A stretch of 64,000 bases of DNA from Promethearchaeati archaeon SRVP18_Atabeyarchaeia-1 (GCA_037308085.1 CP147779.1:2720001-2784000), one strand, 5' to 3'. Shown: positions 1 to 12,636, counted from the stretch's first letter. The notes: generated by a model from the sequence alone, not told the origin. Made by a program: numbers and translations.

Positions 1-92
1 GTATCTATTCTGAGGAGATCTCTGCAGACTTCAATGACCTCATGCCTGTTCCTCTCGACTTCTTTAAAGGCTTTCAGGATCAAGTCCCTCAA
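1..92 (-). CDS. Partial (runs off window start) probable M20/ArgE-DapE family metallopeptidase, N-terminus
   Basis: Not in ORF track. TTG at 92 opens LRDLILKAFKEVERNRHEVIEVCRDLLRIDT, typical of the M20 N-terminal helix ending L(I/L)RIxT; purine-rich SD upstream. Confidence 0.55.
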   Translation of the reverse strand, partial: MRDLILKAFKEVERNRHEVIEVCRDLLRID

Positions 93-232
93 TCACAGCA
101 TCGCCTACCTCTTTTCTACTGCTGGCTTCAGTATCTTGTAGGGATCCTTGGCAAATATAACCTAACATGGTGTTTTGCGAAGCAAACCACCACGTATTGA
201 TGTAGATGGCTTCAAACAGGAGTTGATTCAAG

Positions 233-871
233 GTGCGCGACGCCAAAATGAACTTGCCCTGCAACAGAAACGTTAATAGCTTTGTCTTCCGGAGCAGTTT
301 GCGGAGGGATTGGGGTCTGCAGGGTAGAAGTTTCCAAAAGCTGGTTGCTCTGAACGCCGTATTCCTTGTTATGTACGCTATTACGGACTATTCTGCGTGG
401 ACCACGGTGTCCAACATCCCGTACATAACGCATCTCTTCTGGAGCCCCATTGTGATTTCATTCAGCTGGAGCAACCCGCCCAGCAGTAGCGGACTGATTA
501 GTGGACCTAATTTGAGCTTTGAGTTTCTTATGGCCATGGTGGTAGCCAACCTGGCGCTGGCACACGAAGATGCTCCAAGATATCTTCTTGCTGACTCAGC
601 GCTCCTGTTAGCTTATGTTCCCGCCAATTTCTACGGTTGGAGCCACATAATCTCGTATGTTTCGCCACTTCAATCTGGTCTACAATGGAATCCTTTGTCT
701 ATTCAGATTGGGTGGGGCTCTTCTCTGGGCGGCGTCATCACAGACGGAGTCATATTCCTCCCTAACCTGACTCTGATAATCGCACTTGCGCTGGCGATAG
801 TGAATATGGCATATACGCGCAGAGCTATGCAGCTACCCCCGAAGATGAAAAATGTGATAGGAAAAATATAG
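233..871 (+). CDS. Hypothetical membrane protein with two internal repeats (start possibly ATG 248)
   Basis: Four hydrophobic segments; repeated unit Y..W...W(S/N)P..I...W....PNL......N(L/M)A. Confidence 0.65.
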   Translation: MRDAKMNLPCNRNVNSFVFRSSLRRDWGLQGRSFQKLVALNAVFLVMYAITDYSAWTTVSNIPYITHLFWSPIVISFSWSNPPSSSGLISGPNLSFEFLMAMVVANLALAHEDAPRYLLADSALLLAYVPANFYGWSHIISYVSPLQSGLQWNPLSIQIGWGSSLGGVITDGVIFLPNLTLIIALALAIVNMAYTRRAMQLPPKMKNVIGKI

Positions 872-879
872 GCGGGGGA

Positions 880-1830
880 CTATACCTCTGACGGGGTCTC
901 TTCGAGCCGCGCTGTGAACTTGCCCTTTTGTCTACCGCGCACAACTGTCAAAGAGATCTCGTCGCCGACGTTCCTATCCTCGAGGTGCGCCACTAGGTCT
1001 GACATGGATTTGAGTTCAGAGCCCTCGACCTCAACAATGGAGTCGCCCGCCGCTATACCAGCCTCATATGCGGGACTGCCCCTAAGCACTCTTGCAACCA
1101 GTACACCCTTCGATACGCTGAGCTTGTAGTAGTTCGCTAGGCTGGTGGTGATGTCAACGCCCACCACGCCGAGCCATGGCCTCTTATATGATCCGTATTT
1201 CAGTACCCTGTTGAGAATTCTTTTCGCCGCGTTGATTGGTATTGCAAACCCTATGCCTTGAGCAAAGGGGATGATTGCAGTGTTAATGGCTATCACTTTC
1301 GCACCGATGTCTATCAGGGGACCCCCACTGTTACCGGGGTTGATGGCAGCATCGGTCTGCACAAGGTTCTCAAGGTTACCTCTATCAGATTGGATCGTTC
1401 TGCTTACGGCGCTTATCACCCCCTTCGTCACGGTGGCGCCGCCGGTCAGGCGGAAGGGAACACCTATTGCGATCACTGTCTGCCCGATTCTGAGGGTGTC
1501 TGAGTCGCCCAGCTCTGCCGCCGGCAGACCTTTGCCTTCAATCTTCAGGACAGCGCTGTCAATTGCTGGATCTTCTCCGACGACCTTGGCATCCAGAACC
1601 TTTCCATCAGGTGTCATTACCTGAATCCTTCTGGCGCCAGTGACAACGTGCCTGCTTGTGAGTATGTAGCCTTTTGAGTCGGCGATAAGGCCTGAGCCTA
1701 CTCCTTCAACAGGGTGAGCTCTGTAGAAGTAGTCCTCGACAAGTTGCACTGTGCTTACCATGACTGCACTCGGCAGGATCTTCTCACATGCCTTGATCAC
1801 TGCATCTTCTTCCGACAAGTTGGGATTCAC
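880..1830 (-). CDS. htrA: HtrA/DegP-like trypsin serine protease with C-terminal PDZ domain
   Basis: GSG, TSRHVV (His), DSAVLKI (Asp), QTDAAINPGNSGGPL (Ser), PDZ motifs WLGV and GSPAYEAGI; no obvious signal peptide. Confidence 0.95.
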   Translation of the reverse strand: MNPNLSEEDAVIKACEKILPSAVMVSTVQLVEDYFYRAHPVEGVGSGLIADSKGYILTSRHVVTGARRIQVMTPDGKVLDAKVVGEDPAIDSAVLKIEGKGLPAAELGDSDTLRIGQTVIAIGVPFRLTGGATVTKGVISAVSRTIQSDRGNLENLVQTDAAINPGNSGGPLIDIGAKVIAINTAIIPFAQGIGFAIPINAAKRILNRVLKYGSYKRPWLGVVGVDITTSLANYYKLSVSKGVLVARVLRGSPAYEAGIAAGDSIVEVEGSELKSMSDLVAHLEDRNVGDEISLTVVRGRQKGKFTARLEETPSEV

Positions 1831-2189
1831 TACTCTTCACTCTCAATCTGAGTTGTTTTCCAGCCCATGTCTAGTGCAATCTTTCAATTGTCCGACATAA
1901 TAAATGTTTCCAGAAAGGGGCATCCTGCATGCCTCGGAATAGCAGATATGCAATCCTTGCCCCGCCCGGCGTCAATGGCCGACACAATCGCGCCGATAGC
2001 CTCAATGCTGCACATTGTAGAAGCAGTTGTACAGAATTGAACAAGACAAACTATTTCTGTCTGCAATATCATTAAGACTTATATACCAATTTGAACCGAA
2101 TGAATTCAGTGAGTGCGAGATAATCGTTCGCGCGCGATCTTCAGGGTCAACCAAAGGTTCTGAAGAATTAGCCTCAAGGTGAAGTAACA

Positions 2190-3728
2190 GTGTTGTATAG
2201 CGAGAAAGTAATGGATCACTTCAGAAACCCACGCAACGTGGGGGAGATCAAGGACGCTGATGGAATCGGTAAGGTTGGAAATCCCGTTTGCCTAGCGGGG
2301 AACGAGAAGATCAATCTAAATGATACATTCATAGCGATTAGCAGAATCCCCGACGAAGAAGAAAGAGTTCTGGGTCATAATGGCGAATACAGCAATATAC
2401 TCAAGAAGTTTAGGAGAACGTATGACGGAGAAATCTTAACTCTAAGAAACAAACTCGGATCAGTTTCCTTGACACCAGAGCACCTTGTTCTGGCTGCGAA
2501 GCTCCCGAAGGGAGATAGGTTTCTCAGAACAAGTGGCAAAAAGACTCCATATCATGATTGGTATCACGCAAGCGAGTTAAAGAAAGGTGACATAGCTCTC
2601 TACCCGATCTTGAAGGAAGTAAGAGACGTTGACAACATCGAAATCGATGTGGGAAAATCAGAACATGATTTCAAGAGCAAAGAGATCCCAGGAATAATCC
2701 CCGTTAATGGAGACTTCCTGAGGCTTTGTGGGCTTTTCTTATCTGAAGGTCACGCAAGAGATGCCCCTTCAAAGACTTACATCGGCTTCACATTGAACCT
2801 CAAAGAGAAGGACATTGCTGAAGACATCAAGAATATTGCAGGAATGCTTTGGGGCATTGAACCCAAGACCAAAGAGAGAGCAAGAAGCCTTGAATTGTTC
2901 ATATACAATGCAACTCTGGCAAGATTCTTCAAGAAACTATTCGGAGTTCATGCAGAGCACAAGAAGATACCCCAGTTCATGATGATATTGCCCCCAGTGA
3001 AGCAAAGGGAATTGATAAGGGGACTTTGGCTTGGCGATGGCTACGTCAACCTCAAGAGGCAAACACCTCGGGCGGGCTACTCCACGATATCCTACCAATT
3101 GGCACAGCAGTTGAAGACGTTGCTGATGAGACAGAGAATCGTCCATTCTCTCTATATGGAACCGAAGAAGACAAAGAACGGAGTAATTCACAAAGAAGCA
3201 TATAGAATTCACATAGGTGACAAGGAATCATTGAGAAGACTCTGTGAAATCCTTGGAACTAAGTTCAACTACAATAGACCTGAAAAAGTTCATTCTTGGT
3301 TTGACACCAACTACTTCTACACTCCAATAACCCAAATTGAAAAGAGACATGTTGCAGCGGACATTTACAACCTTGAGGTTGAGAACAGTCACTCGTTCAC
3401 AGGTGAGGCATTCTGCTTTCATAACTGTGGCGACTTGATGTGGATCTACATCAAGGTCAGCAAGGATGCTAACGGTGTGGAGCGGCTATCAGATATAAAG
3501 TTTAAGACCTTTGGGTGTGGAGCAGCCATTGCTACCAGCAGTATGATAACGGAACTAGCTAGGGGGAAGACCTTGGAGGAAGCAATGAAAATCACGCGTG
3601 AAGATGTCGCATCAAGCTTAGATGGACTCCCTCCCATCAAAATGCATTGCAGCAATCTTGCCTCGGATGGGCTGAAGGCTGCAATCGAAGATTACTTGTC
3701 GAAGAAGAAGGCGGCAAAGAAGAACTAG
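2190..3728 (+). CDS. iscU: IscU/NifU-N Fe-S cluster scaffold protein interrupted by an intein (133 aa after splicing)
   Basis: YSEKVMDHFRNPRNVG...GNPV | intein | CGDLM...FKTFGCGAAIATSS...LPPIKMHCS; three Cys ligands and the LPPxK chaperone motif. Confidence 0.95.
   Translation: MLYSEKVMDHFRNPRNVGEIKDADGIGKVGNPVCLAGNEKINLNDTFIAISRIPDEEERVLGHNGEYSNILKKFRRTYDGEILTLRNKLGSVSLTPEHLVLAAKLPKGDRFLRTSGKKTPYHDWYHASELKKGDIALYPILKEVRDVDNIEIDVGKSEHDFKSKEIPGIIPVNGDFLRLCGLFLSEGHARDAPSKTYIGFTLNLKEKDIAEDIKNIAGMLWGIEPKTKERARSLELFIYNATLARFFKKLFGVHAEHKKIPQFMMILPPVKQRELIRGLWLGDGYVNLKRQTPRAGYSTISYQLAQQLKTLLMRQRIVHSLYMEPKKTKNGVIHKEAYRIHIGDKESLRRLCEILGTKFNYNRPEKVHSWFDTNYFYTPITQIEKRHVAADIYNLEVENSHSFTGEAFCFHNCGDLMWIYIKVSKDANGVERLSDIKFKTFGCGAAIATSSMITELARGKTLEEAMKITREDVASSLDGLPPIKMHCSNLASDGLKAAIEDYLSKKKAAKKN
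2289..3425 (+). mobile_element. Intein with LAGLIDADG homing endonuclease (379 aa) in IscU
   Basis: Block A CLAGNEKI (TGC at 2289), block B LTPEH, LAGLIDADG blocks LCGLFLSEG and LIRGLWLGDG, block F IYNLEVENSHSF, block G FHN followed by Cys+1 (TGT at 3426). Confidence 0.95.
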
Positions 3729-3771
3729 TACTCTTTCTCTCGGTGCGTGCATCGGCGAGATACTATGCCGA

Positions 3772-4839
3772 CTAGCCTCCGCTCGTGATTAGATTCATAA
3801 TCTCGTTGTATACGGCCATAGCCTCCTCATTGCTCTCGGCTCCTTTGACGAGCATGTTTCCCCCTCTCATTAGGCTGACCGAAATTCTATCGCTGAAGTT
3901 GAGTGTGACTCCGTAGCTCGCGATTACTTTCACCTTGAATTTCCTAGTTAGAATTTCGCCAGCTGACTTTATGTCAATTGGGGCTCCTTGGTTCTGGGTC
4001 ACCATGAAGCTTTCCCTGCCACAGAGCTCACTTATCTTACCGTCCTTGCCCTTTAGCGACATAGGCTCCGAGCCAGTGAGAGGGTTGGTGGCTTGCGCAC
4101 CACAGACCTTGCAGTCGATTCTCCTCGCCACGTTGAATACGTCAAAACTCACCGTGGCGAGGTCACAGTAGAGGATCTTGTTGGCCAGGAGAGGCTCTTC
4201 TTTCAATATCAACCGCAGAGTTTCGTTGACTTGGATGCTCGCAACCACGTTGATTATGGGAGGTATAACACCTACTCGTTCACATGTTGGAGTGATGGAA
4301 TCATCAGCGTTGTGGAACAAGCATTCGAGGCACGGCGTTTTGCCCGGGATTATGGTTGTGGCATTCCCGTAAGTTTCAATTGCCCCTCCAAAAACGTATG
4401 GCGTGTTCAACCTCACACATGCCTTGTTAACGGCGAATCTTGAGGAAAACCTGTCGAAGGCGTCTACAACAATGTCCATCCCCTTTACAATGTCTTCTGC
4501 ATTGTCCTCGTTGACGGAAGTTGCTATTGGGTCCACTTTCACGTTCGGGTTTAGGTCCTGAAGCCTCTTTGCCGCGATCTCGACCTTGGGGTACCCTATC
4601 GAGTGCACATCGTAGATCAACTGTCTTTGGAGATTTGTGGTTTCCACGACGTCCCTATCAACTATCCTGAGGTGACCCACGCCCATTCCCGCCAGCTGAA
4701 GCGATGAGACAGATCCCAGTCCTCCTAGCCCCATTACGCAAACCTTGGCAGACTTGACCTTGAGTTGTCCTCCCTCCCCGAAGTTGCGTAGGACAATCTG
4801 GCGGGAGTATCGTTCAAGCTCATCTTTGGTTAGCGGCAA
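3772..4839 (-). CDS. ThiF/MoeB/HesA family E1-like adenylyltransferase
   Basis: RYSRQI, GLGGLG, DRDVVETTNLQRQ, Zn motifs CLEC and CKVC, catalytic TC in PTCERVG, C-terminal LCGR extension. Confidence 0.92.
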   Translation of the reverse strand: MPLTKDELERYSRQIVLRNFGEGGQLKVKSAKVCVMGLGGLGSVSSLQLAGMGVGHLRIVDRDVVETTNLQRQLIYDVHSIGYPKVEIAAKRLQDLNPNVKVDPIATSVNEDNAEDIVKGMDIVVDAFDRFSSRFAVNKACVRLNTPYVFGGAIETYGNATTIIPGKTPCLECLFHNADDSITPTCERVGVIPPIINVVASIQVNETLRLILKEEPLLANKILYCDLATVSFDVFNVARRIDCKVCGAQATNPLTGSEPMSLKGKDGKISELCGRESFMVTQNQGAPIDIKSAGEILTRKFKVKVIASYGVTLNFSDRISVSLMRGGNMLVKGAESNEEAMAVYNEIMNLITSGG

Positions 4840-4845
4840 ACGAAT

Positions 4846-5412
4846 TCACTTCCATCTTTCAAAGAGTTTGTGTTCTATTCCCAAGGCATCGAGGATCTTA
4901 CCGATGGTGTAGTTGATTATATCGTCGAGTGTTCTTGGCCTATGGTAGAATGCAGGTACGGGCGGAAGTACCACCGCTCCTGCCTCAGACAATGTGAGCA
5001 TGTTTCTCAGGTGAATATTGCTCAATGGGGTTTCCCTGGGAACGACAATTAGTCTGCGTCTCTCCTTTAGGGCTACATCTGCTGCACGCGCGATGAGGTT
5101 ATCTGAGTAGCCGCTGGCAATAGAGGCAAGTGTTTTCATTGAGCACGGGACAATCACCATTCCATCAGTCAAAAAGGAGCCGCTGGCGATTGGAGCTGCA
5201 ATGTCTTCAGGCTCGAAGTACCGTGCCACTTTCTTCGATAGGGCTTCTGGTGTGGTTGAGGTCTCGAGCGCCAGTATCTTCTTGGCAGCGTCGCTAATTA
5301 CAAGGTATGTCTCAATATCCTCTTGGTACTGATGGAGGTACTCAACCATCTTGACGCCATAAATAACGCCAGATGTGCCTGTGATTGCTATTATCAGTCT
5401 CTTGACTACCAT
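4846..5412 (-). CDS. ubiX: Flavin prenyltransferase UbiX
   Basis: AITGTSG, IAAPIASGS, PCSMKTL, RAADVALKERR, PRETPL, PAFYHRP; start placed at ATG 5412 after GGAGG/GAGGG SD. Confidence 0.93.
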   Translation of the reverse strand: MVVKRLIIAITGTSGVIYGVKMVEYLHQYQEDIETYLVISDAAKKILALETSTTPEALSKKVARYFEPEDIAAPIASGSFLTDGMVIVPCSMKTLASIASGYSDNLIARAADVALKERRRLIVVPRETPLSNIHLRNMLTLSEAGAVVLPPVPAFYHRPRTLDDIINYTIGKILDALGIEHKLFERWK

Positions 5413-5452
5413 TCCCTCTATTCCTCCGACATACATGATACGTTGAGCATTT

Positions 5453-5959
5453 TCATTCTTGAGCCCACTCGAAGCTTCCGTGCTTCTTGAAGTGAGCTAC
5501 AAGGCCACCATCCTCGAATATCCTTTCCAGGAAAGGCGGGATAGGTTTTATTCCCCATGATTTGCCTGTTCTCGCATTCTTGATCGTCCTGGCTGAGGGG
5601 TCGATGAACAACCTATCGCCTTCTGCGGTTCCATCGTATGCTTTGTCGCATTCAAATATCGGGAAAGCTATGTTGATGGAGTTCCTATAGAATATTCTTG
5701 CAAATGATCTAGCGACAACTGACGCGATGCCGAACTCCTTTAGGACATGAGGAGCTTGCTCTCGGCTTGATCCACAGCCGAAGTTACTTCCGGCGACAAT
5801 TATGTCTCCAGACCTTGCCTTCTTTGCGAAGTTTGGGTCGGAGCCCTCCATAGCGTGCCTTGCCAGCGCAGCCATATCCATGGTGCCGAGCTTGTATTTT
5901 GCGGGTATTATCTCGTCAGTGTTGACGTTGTCTCCGAATCTCCAGACTCGGCCTTCCAT
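5453..5959 (-). CDS. leuD: 3-isopropylmalate dehydratase/homoaconitase small subunit (LeuD/HacB family)
   Basis: [37 protein letters not shown]; start taken as ATG 5959 because the longer ORF overlaps the large subunit. Substrate (Leu vs homoaconitate) unresolved. Confidence 0.9.
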   Translation of the reverse strand: MEGRVWRFGDNVNTDEIIPAKYKLGTMDMAALARHAMEGSDPNFAKKARSGDIIVAGSNFGCGSSREQAPHVLKEFGIASVVARSFARIFYRNSINIAFPIFECDKAYDGTAEGDRLFIDPSARTIKNARTGKSWGIKPIPPFLERIFEDGGLVAHFKKHGSFEWAQE

Positions 5960-5976
5960 TTTCTTCAGAGGAATCG

Positions 5977-7242
5977 CTATTTCATCTCCCTTGGATCGGT
6001 TATCTTGCCTGTCAGCGCAGAGGCTGCGGCGGTTGCTGGGGAACAGAGGTAGATCGATGCGTCGGCGCATCCCATACGCCCTTTGAAATTCCGGTTTGCA
6101 GTCGAGAGGCAAATCTCTCCTGGTCCGAGTACCCCTAGGTGGCTCCCAATGCAGGGACCACAGGTGGGGTTGCAGACTGTGCATCCTGCCTCGGCGAAGA
6201 GTTGCAGCAATCCTTGTTCAGCTGCTTGAATGTAGATCTCTCTTGAAGCAGGTATGACGATGGTTCTAACACCTTTCTTCACTTTTCTGCGCTGGATGAT
6301 TCTTGCAGCAACCTGTAGGTCTTCGATTGAACCGTTGGTGCACGACCCGAGGAAAACCTGGTTGATCTCCACGTTTCCAACCTCGGTGATAGGCTTGACG
6401 TTGTCTACGGCGTGAGGGCAAGCTATCTGCGGTTCAAGGTTCGTGACTTCAAACCTTCGTTCCTCCTTGTAGTATGCATCATGGTCACTAACGACTAGGT
6501 TCGAGTTTTCGCCTCGGGAGTGATTCTTCAAGTAGGCTACGGTGGTTTTATCGGGCGCGACTAGACCCGCCTTTGCACCCATCTCCACAGTCATGTTGCA
6601 CAGGGTTGATCTGCCGTCAACACTTATTTCTGAGATGTAGTCTCCCGTGAATTCTATTGCCTGATATGTGGCACCGTCTGCCCCGACTTTCCCCGCGATA
6701 TGAAGGATGACGTCTTTAGGGAGGACCATCCTGCTTGGGGTGCCAGTTATCTCGAATTTCACCGTGTCTGGGACTTTGAACCAAAGCTTGCCTGAAATCA
6801 TTGCAGCGGCAGCTTCAGTTGAGCCAATCCCAGTCGAGAACGCCCCCACGGCACCGTAGGTGCAGGTATGTGAATCGGCGCCAACAATAAGCATCCCAGG
6901 CAAGGCGTGTCTCTCGAGCATGACTCTATGGCAGATTCCGCTCGCAACGTCATAGAAGTTCGTCAAGCCCTGCTCTTTAGCAAAGCTCCTAATGAGGTTG
7001 TGAGTTGCAGATATCTCTTCATTTTGACTCGGAGCAATATGATCAATAAAGAGAACGACTCTCTCGGGGTTCCAGACTTTTTCTCCGCCCATTTCTCTGA
7101 AGAACCTTATTGCGAGCGGGGCCGTCCCGTCGTTAGCCATAACGTAATCTAGGTTTGCGACGACGATGTCGCCAACGGCGACACTTTTGCCCGAAGCTTT
7201 CTCGAGGATCTTCTCAGAAATGGTCTTGCCCAAGCCATTCAC
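5977..7242 (-). CDS. leuC: 3-isopropylmalate dehydratase/homoaconitase large subunit (LeuC/HacA family)
   Basis: [23 protein letters not shown] [4Fe-4S] ligands, NRNFKGRMG. Confidence 0.93.
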   Translation of the reverse strand: MNGLGKTISEKILEKASGKSVAVGDIVVANLDYVMANDGTAPLAIRFFREMGGEKVWNPERVVLFIDHIAPSQNEEISATHNLIRSFAKEQGLTNFYDVASGICHRVMLERHALPGMLIVGADSHTCTYGAVGAFSTGIGSTEAAAAMISGKLWFKVPDTVKFEITGTPSRMVLPKDVILHIAGKVGADGATYQAIEFTGDYISEISVDGRSTLCNMTVEMGAKAGLVAPDKTTVAYLKNHSRGENSNLVVSDHDAYYKEERRFEVTNLEPQIACPHAVDNVKPITEVGNVEINQVFLGSCTNGSIEDLQVAARIIQRRKVKKGVRTIVIPASREIYIQAAEQGLLQLFAEAGCTVCNPTCGPCIGSHLGVLGPGEICLSTANRNFKGRMGCADASIYLCSPATAAASALTGKITDPREMK

Positions 7243-7339
7243 CGGCTCAAATCGTTTTGTACACGTAGAATGTTACCCATTAATTACAGTATGTATGATA
7301 CTATCAGTTGCAGAATACTTGTCGAATCTTATAAAATCG

Positions 7340-8452
7340 TTATGCGAGCTTTCTAAGCACTGCTCTGACGAGCCCCATTGTGCCTGTCATCATGACATCT
7401 CCGGCAGGGGCGGCAAAGTGAATGGGTATCCTCGTCTCAGTCATGACAGACCTGTTGGGGCCCGTGACAGCGAATATCCCTACTCTTCTTGAAGAGAATT
7501 GTTGCACCCCGCCTGCTCTAGCTTTCAAATAGAATGCGCCGTGCCCGCCGTCCTTGAACACATCTTCGCCCTTGATATTCCCCTTAGCGAAGTCTCGCAG
7601 TAACCGCTCCAACTTCTTAGGTTTGTAACGGAGCATCTCCGTATGGTGCTCCATTAGACCCAATACGCGTTCATCCTGAACTAAAGCAGCTAGCGTGTGT
7701 CCGTTACCCACGTTGACTGCCAAGATTCTATGACTCTTTACTACGACGGGATCCTCCAAGCAACCAAGTACAGCGCTCAGCGCCGTGTCCATCACGACGG
7801 GTGTTGCATTCGGAAGTTGCTTCTTGCAAGCATCAAGGGCTGAGCGCATCCTCATGAAGCATTCAGGTACCTCTGCTTCTTCAAACGCTAGTGCCTCCAT
7901 ATGGGGATTCTTTTCCAAGAGCTCCTGCATTTTTCGCATCCTGAATCTCCTGTTACTCTCGCCTGGCGGCTGGGCGCCGTGATCTTGCACGGCTACTGCA
8001 ACCACATCTATGTCCTGAGGGTTAGTACCTAGTTCGGATAGAAACTTGGTGATCTTTGTCGCGTTGATTTCCTCGAAGCTGATAAGTGTGCCACTGTGCT
8101 TTGAGAGCTCGGATTCGTCTTTCACGGTCTCAATGCCCATAGAGCGAACTTCGTCCAAGTTGTTTCTAATCGTCATAGCTGCCTTCTCGGTCATGGCAAC
8201 TTTCAGACCGCTCGCAAGATGCTTCTTCAGCGCGGCTGTGATTGCGCTGCCACCTATAATGTCACCACCGACAATGATATTCTGCTTTTTGCCAGTGAGC
8301 TCCTCGGCCTTGCTGGCGTAGACCAGAGTTGGTGATGGGAGAACCATCTTGATGCAGTTCTCAACGATCCTTGAATCATCATAAAGGAGGACATCTTCGG
8401 TTCCAGCGCCTATATCGATAGACAAGATCTTCAGAGTTACACCATCCCTCAA
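7340..8452 (-). CDS. DUF1786 family protein (actin-like/ASKHA fold); likely true start CTG 8434
   Basis: KILSIDIGAGTEDVLLYD, KMVLPSPT, AVQDHG...SNRRFR, NVGNGHT, EHHT, GGHG, GDVMMTG. Confidence 0.88.
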   Translation of the reverse strand: MRDGVTLKILSIDIGAGTEDVLLYDDSRIVENCIKMVLPSPTLVYASKAEELTGKKQNIIVGGDIIGGSAITAALKKHLASGLKVAMTEKAAMTIRNNLDEVRSMGIETVKDESELSKHSGTLISFEEINATKITKFLSELGTNPQDIDVVAVAVQDHGAQPPGESNRRFRMRKMQELLEKNPHMEALAFEEAEVPECFMRMRSALDACKKQLPNATPVVMDTALSAVLGCLEDPVVVKSHRILAVNVGNGHTLAALVQDERVLGLMEHHTEMLRYKPKKLERLLRDFAKGNIKGEDVFKDGGHGAFYLKARAGGVQQFSSRRVGIFAVTGPNRSVMTETRIPIHFAAPAGDVMMTGTMGLVRAVLRKLA

Positions 8453-8474
8453 CTACGTCTCAGCAGAAAAGGAT

Positions 8475-9002
8475 CTAAAGGCTCTCTTTGTGAATAAGTT
8501 CTGACAGCTTCCGCCGAGGAGTAGGCCTAGGTGTCTCCTTTGAATATCCGATTGGTAGAACGGCTTCGGGCTTGAAGCCTTTGCTCATATCCGCGCCGAT
8601 GGCCTCTGCAACGGCTGCATCATCATACGCGCCGACCCAGCAAGTGGATAGCCCCAGAGCCGTAGCAGCAAGTTGCATGTAGGAAGCTGCTATGGTGGAA
8701 TCTTGAATGGCGTACAAATCGCTTCCGCGCTTGCCGTATTTCGTTGCTGATCTCTTCTGATTAGCTAAGACGACAAGCACAACGGGGGCCTGTGCTATGA
8801 AAGTCTGTCCATGGGCCGCACCACTTATTGCTACCTTCTGCCTTTTGCTTTTGACTACAACGATCTCATAAGCTTGCAGGTTGCCTGCAGAAGGAGCGGC
8901 GTTTCCAGCCTCAAGCACCTTTTGAAGTTTCTCTTCCTCGACTTCCTTGTCGAGATAGGCTCTAGTGGACCTTCGCTTCTCAATAACCTCAAAGAAATCC
9001 AA
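8475..9002 (-). CDS. Nitroreductase family flavoprotein
   Basis: IEKRRSTRAY, APSAGNLQ, LAATALGLSTCWVG; start placed at TTG 9002 after GGGGTTG. Confidence 0.92.
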   Translation of the reverse strand: MDFFEVIEKRRSTRAYLDKEVEEEKLQKVLEAGNAAPSAGNLQAYEIVVVKSKRQKVAISGAAHGQTFIAQAPVVLVVLANQKRSATKYGKRGSDLYAIQDSTIAASYMQLAATALGLSTCWVGAYDDAAVAEAIGADMSKGFKPEAVLPIGYSKETPRPTPRRKLSELIHKESL

Positions 9003-9401
9003 TTTCTTGACAACCCCAGTTTTGCATGACATGATAGGAACGCTTGTGAATAAAAAGATACTTGTCCGACAAAGATCGTCGGGCAATTCAACCCTGGCCC
9101 CGAAAGTCCATTCAAGACAGCCGTCTTCTAATCTGTCGCTGGGGGTGCTTATCTACGTTGGCAACGCAATCAAACGTCGTCGCGCTAACAAGAAGATGCC
9201 GGAGTCGCACTGACAATTCGGCAGGGGCAGAATTACTCGGTATGTGAGCTTCGATCACGAACCTATATCTCGCAGGTCGCACTTAACAGTGGATCAGCGT
9301 GATGCGCATGAGTTCTCTCTGCTTATCCAGCGATCTTTTAAGGCGGTAAATCTCCTATGATTTGCGGACTCCAAGTGGAGAAAGAGGAGGGATCTCGAGG
9401 C

Positions 9402-9845
9402 TTGGAAGAAGAGAAGTTGATAGGGAGCGTTGCCAGCATGTGGCTGAAGAGGGAGCATTTTGAAATGCCCGGCTATGGTGTTTACGCTACAAGCAAGAGG
9501 TTAATTGGAATTGAGCTCAAGAAGGTCATTGCCAAAAGCATAGCCAAGAACGCAGTGCTGGGTGCACCTATGCGTGCCTACGCTAAGGGAAAAGCAACGG
9601 CAGAGGCAAATAGCCCCAAGACGCTTCAGGAGCTTGAAGGTAGCAGAAAGGACTTCGAGATAGGGAGAGAGCAAATTTCCAGGATAGAGCTCACAAGACC
9701 TGGCACCTTCAGGGGAGGTCATCTCAGGATTCTTGACAAGTCTGGACATGAAATCGGGATAATTATTGGCGGCAAGAAGGAGTATGAGTCCCTAGGCGAG
9801 CTAATGAAAGCATTTCTTCCTGATGTGGTGACGATCAAAGAATGA
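9402..9845 (+). CDS. Hypothetical protein, probable PH/GRAM-like fold
   Basis: GVYATSKRLIG and FEIGREQISRIEL...GGHLRI beta pattern followed by a C-terminal amphipathic helix; TTG 9402 after GAGGAGG (track start 9357). Confidence 0.6.
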   Translation: MEEEKLIGSVASMWLKREHFEMPGYGVYATSKRLIGIELKKVIAKSIAKNAVLGAPMRAYAKGKATAEANSPKTLQELEGSRKDFEIGREQISRIELTRPGTFRGGHLRILDKSGHEIGIIIGGKKEYESLGELMKAFLPDVVTIKE

Positions 9846-9936
9846 GACGGTAGAAAAGAGTGGATCGAGTGGAATAGCTCTCCAATTGCTAAGGGTGTCT
9901 TGGAAGAGAGCCAGCTGGGTGGAAATCGCGCCAACT

Positions 9937-12636
<2,700 letters not shown>

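Noticed and set aside
3772-4839. E1-like gene as part of a eukaryote-like ubiquitin system
   Set aside because: The architecture is ordinary ThiF/MoeB, with no ubiquitin-like, E2, RING or JAB gene nearby.
5960-6184. N-terminal extensions in the ORF track (leuD, GTPase 57139, nitroreductase, membrane protein 50876)
   Set aside because: They overlap upstream genes or promoters; SD-anchored internal starts match the family N-termini.
4846-7242. Archaeal modified mevalonate pathway (aconitase plus UbiX)
   Set aside because: That pathway uses AcnX and a UbiD-like decarboxylase; these genes are LeuC/LeuD-type and no UbiD is present.
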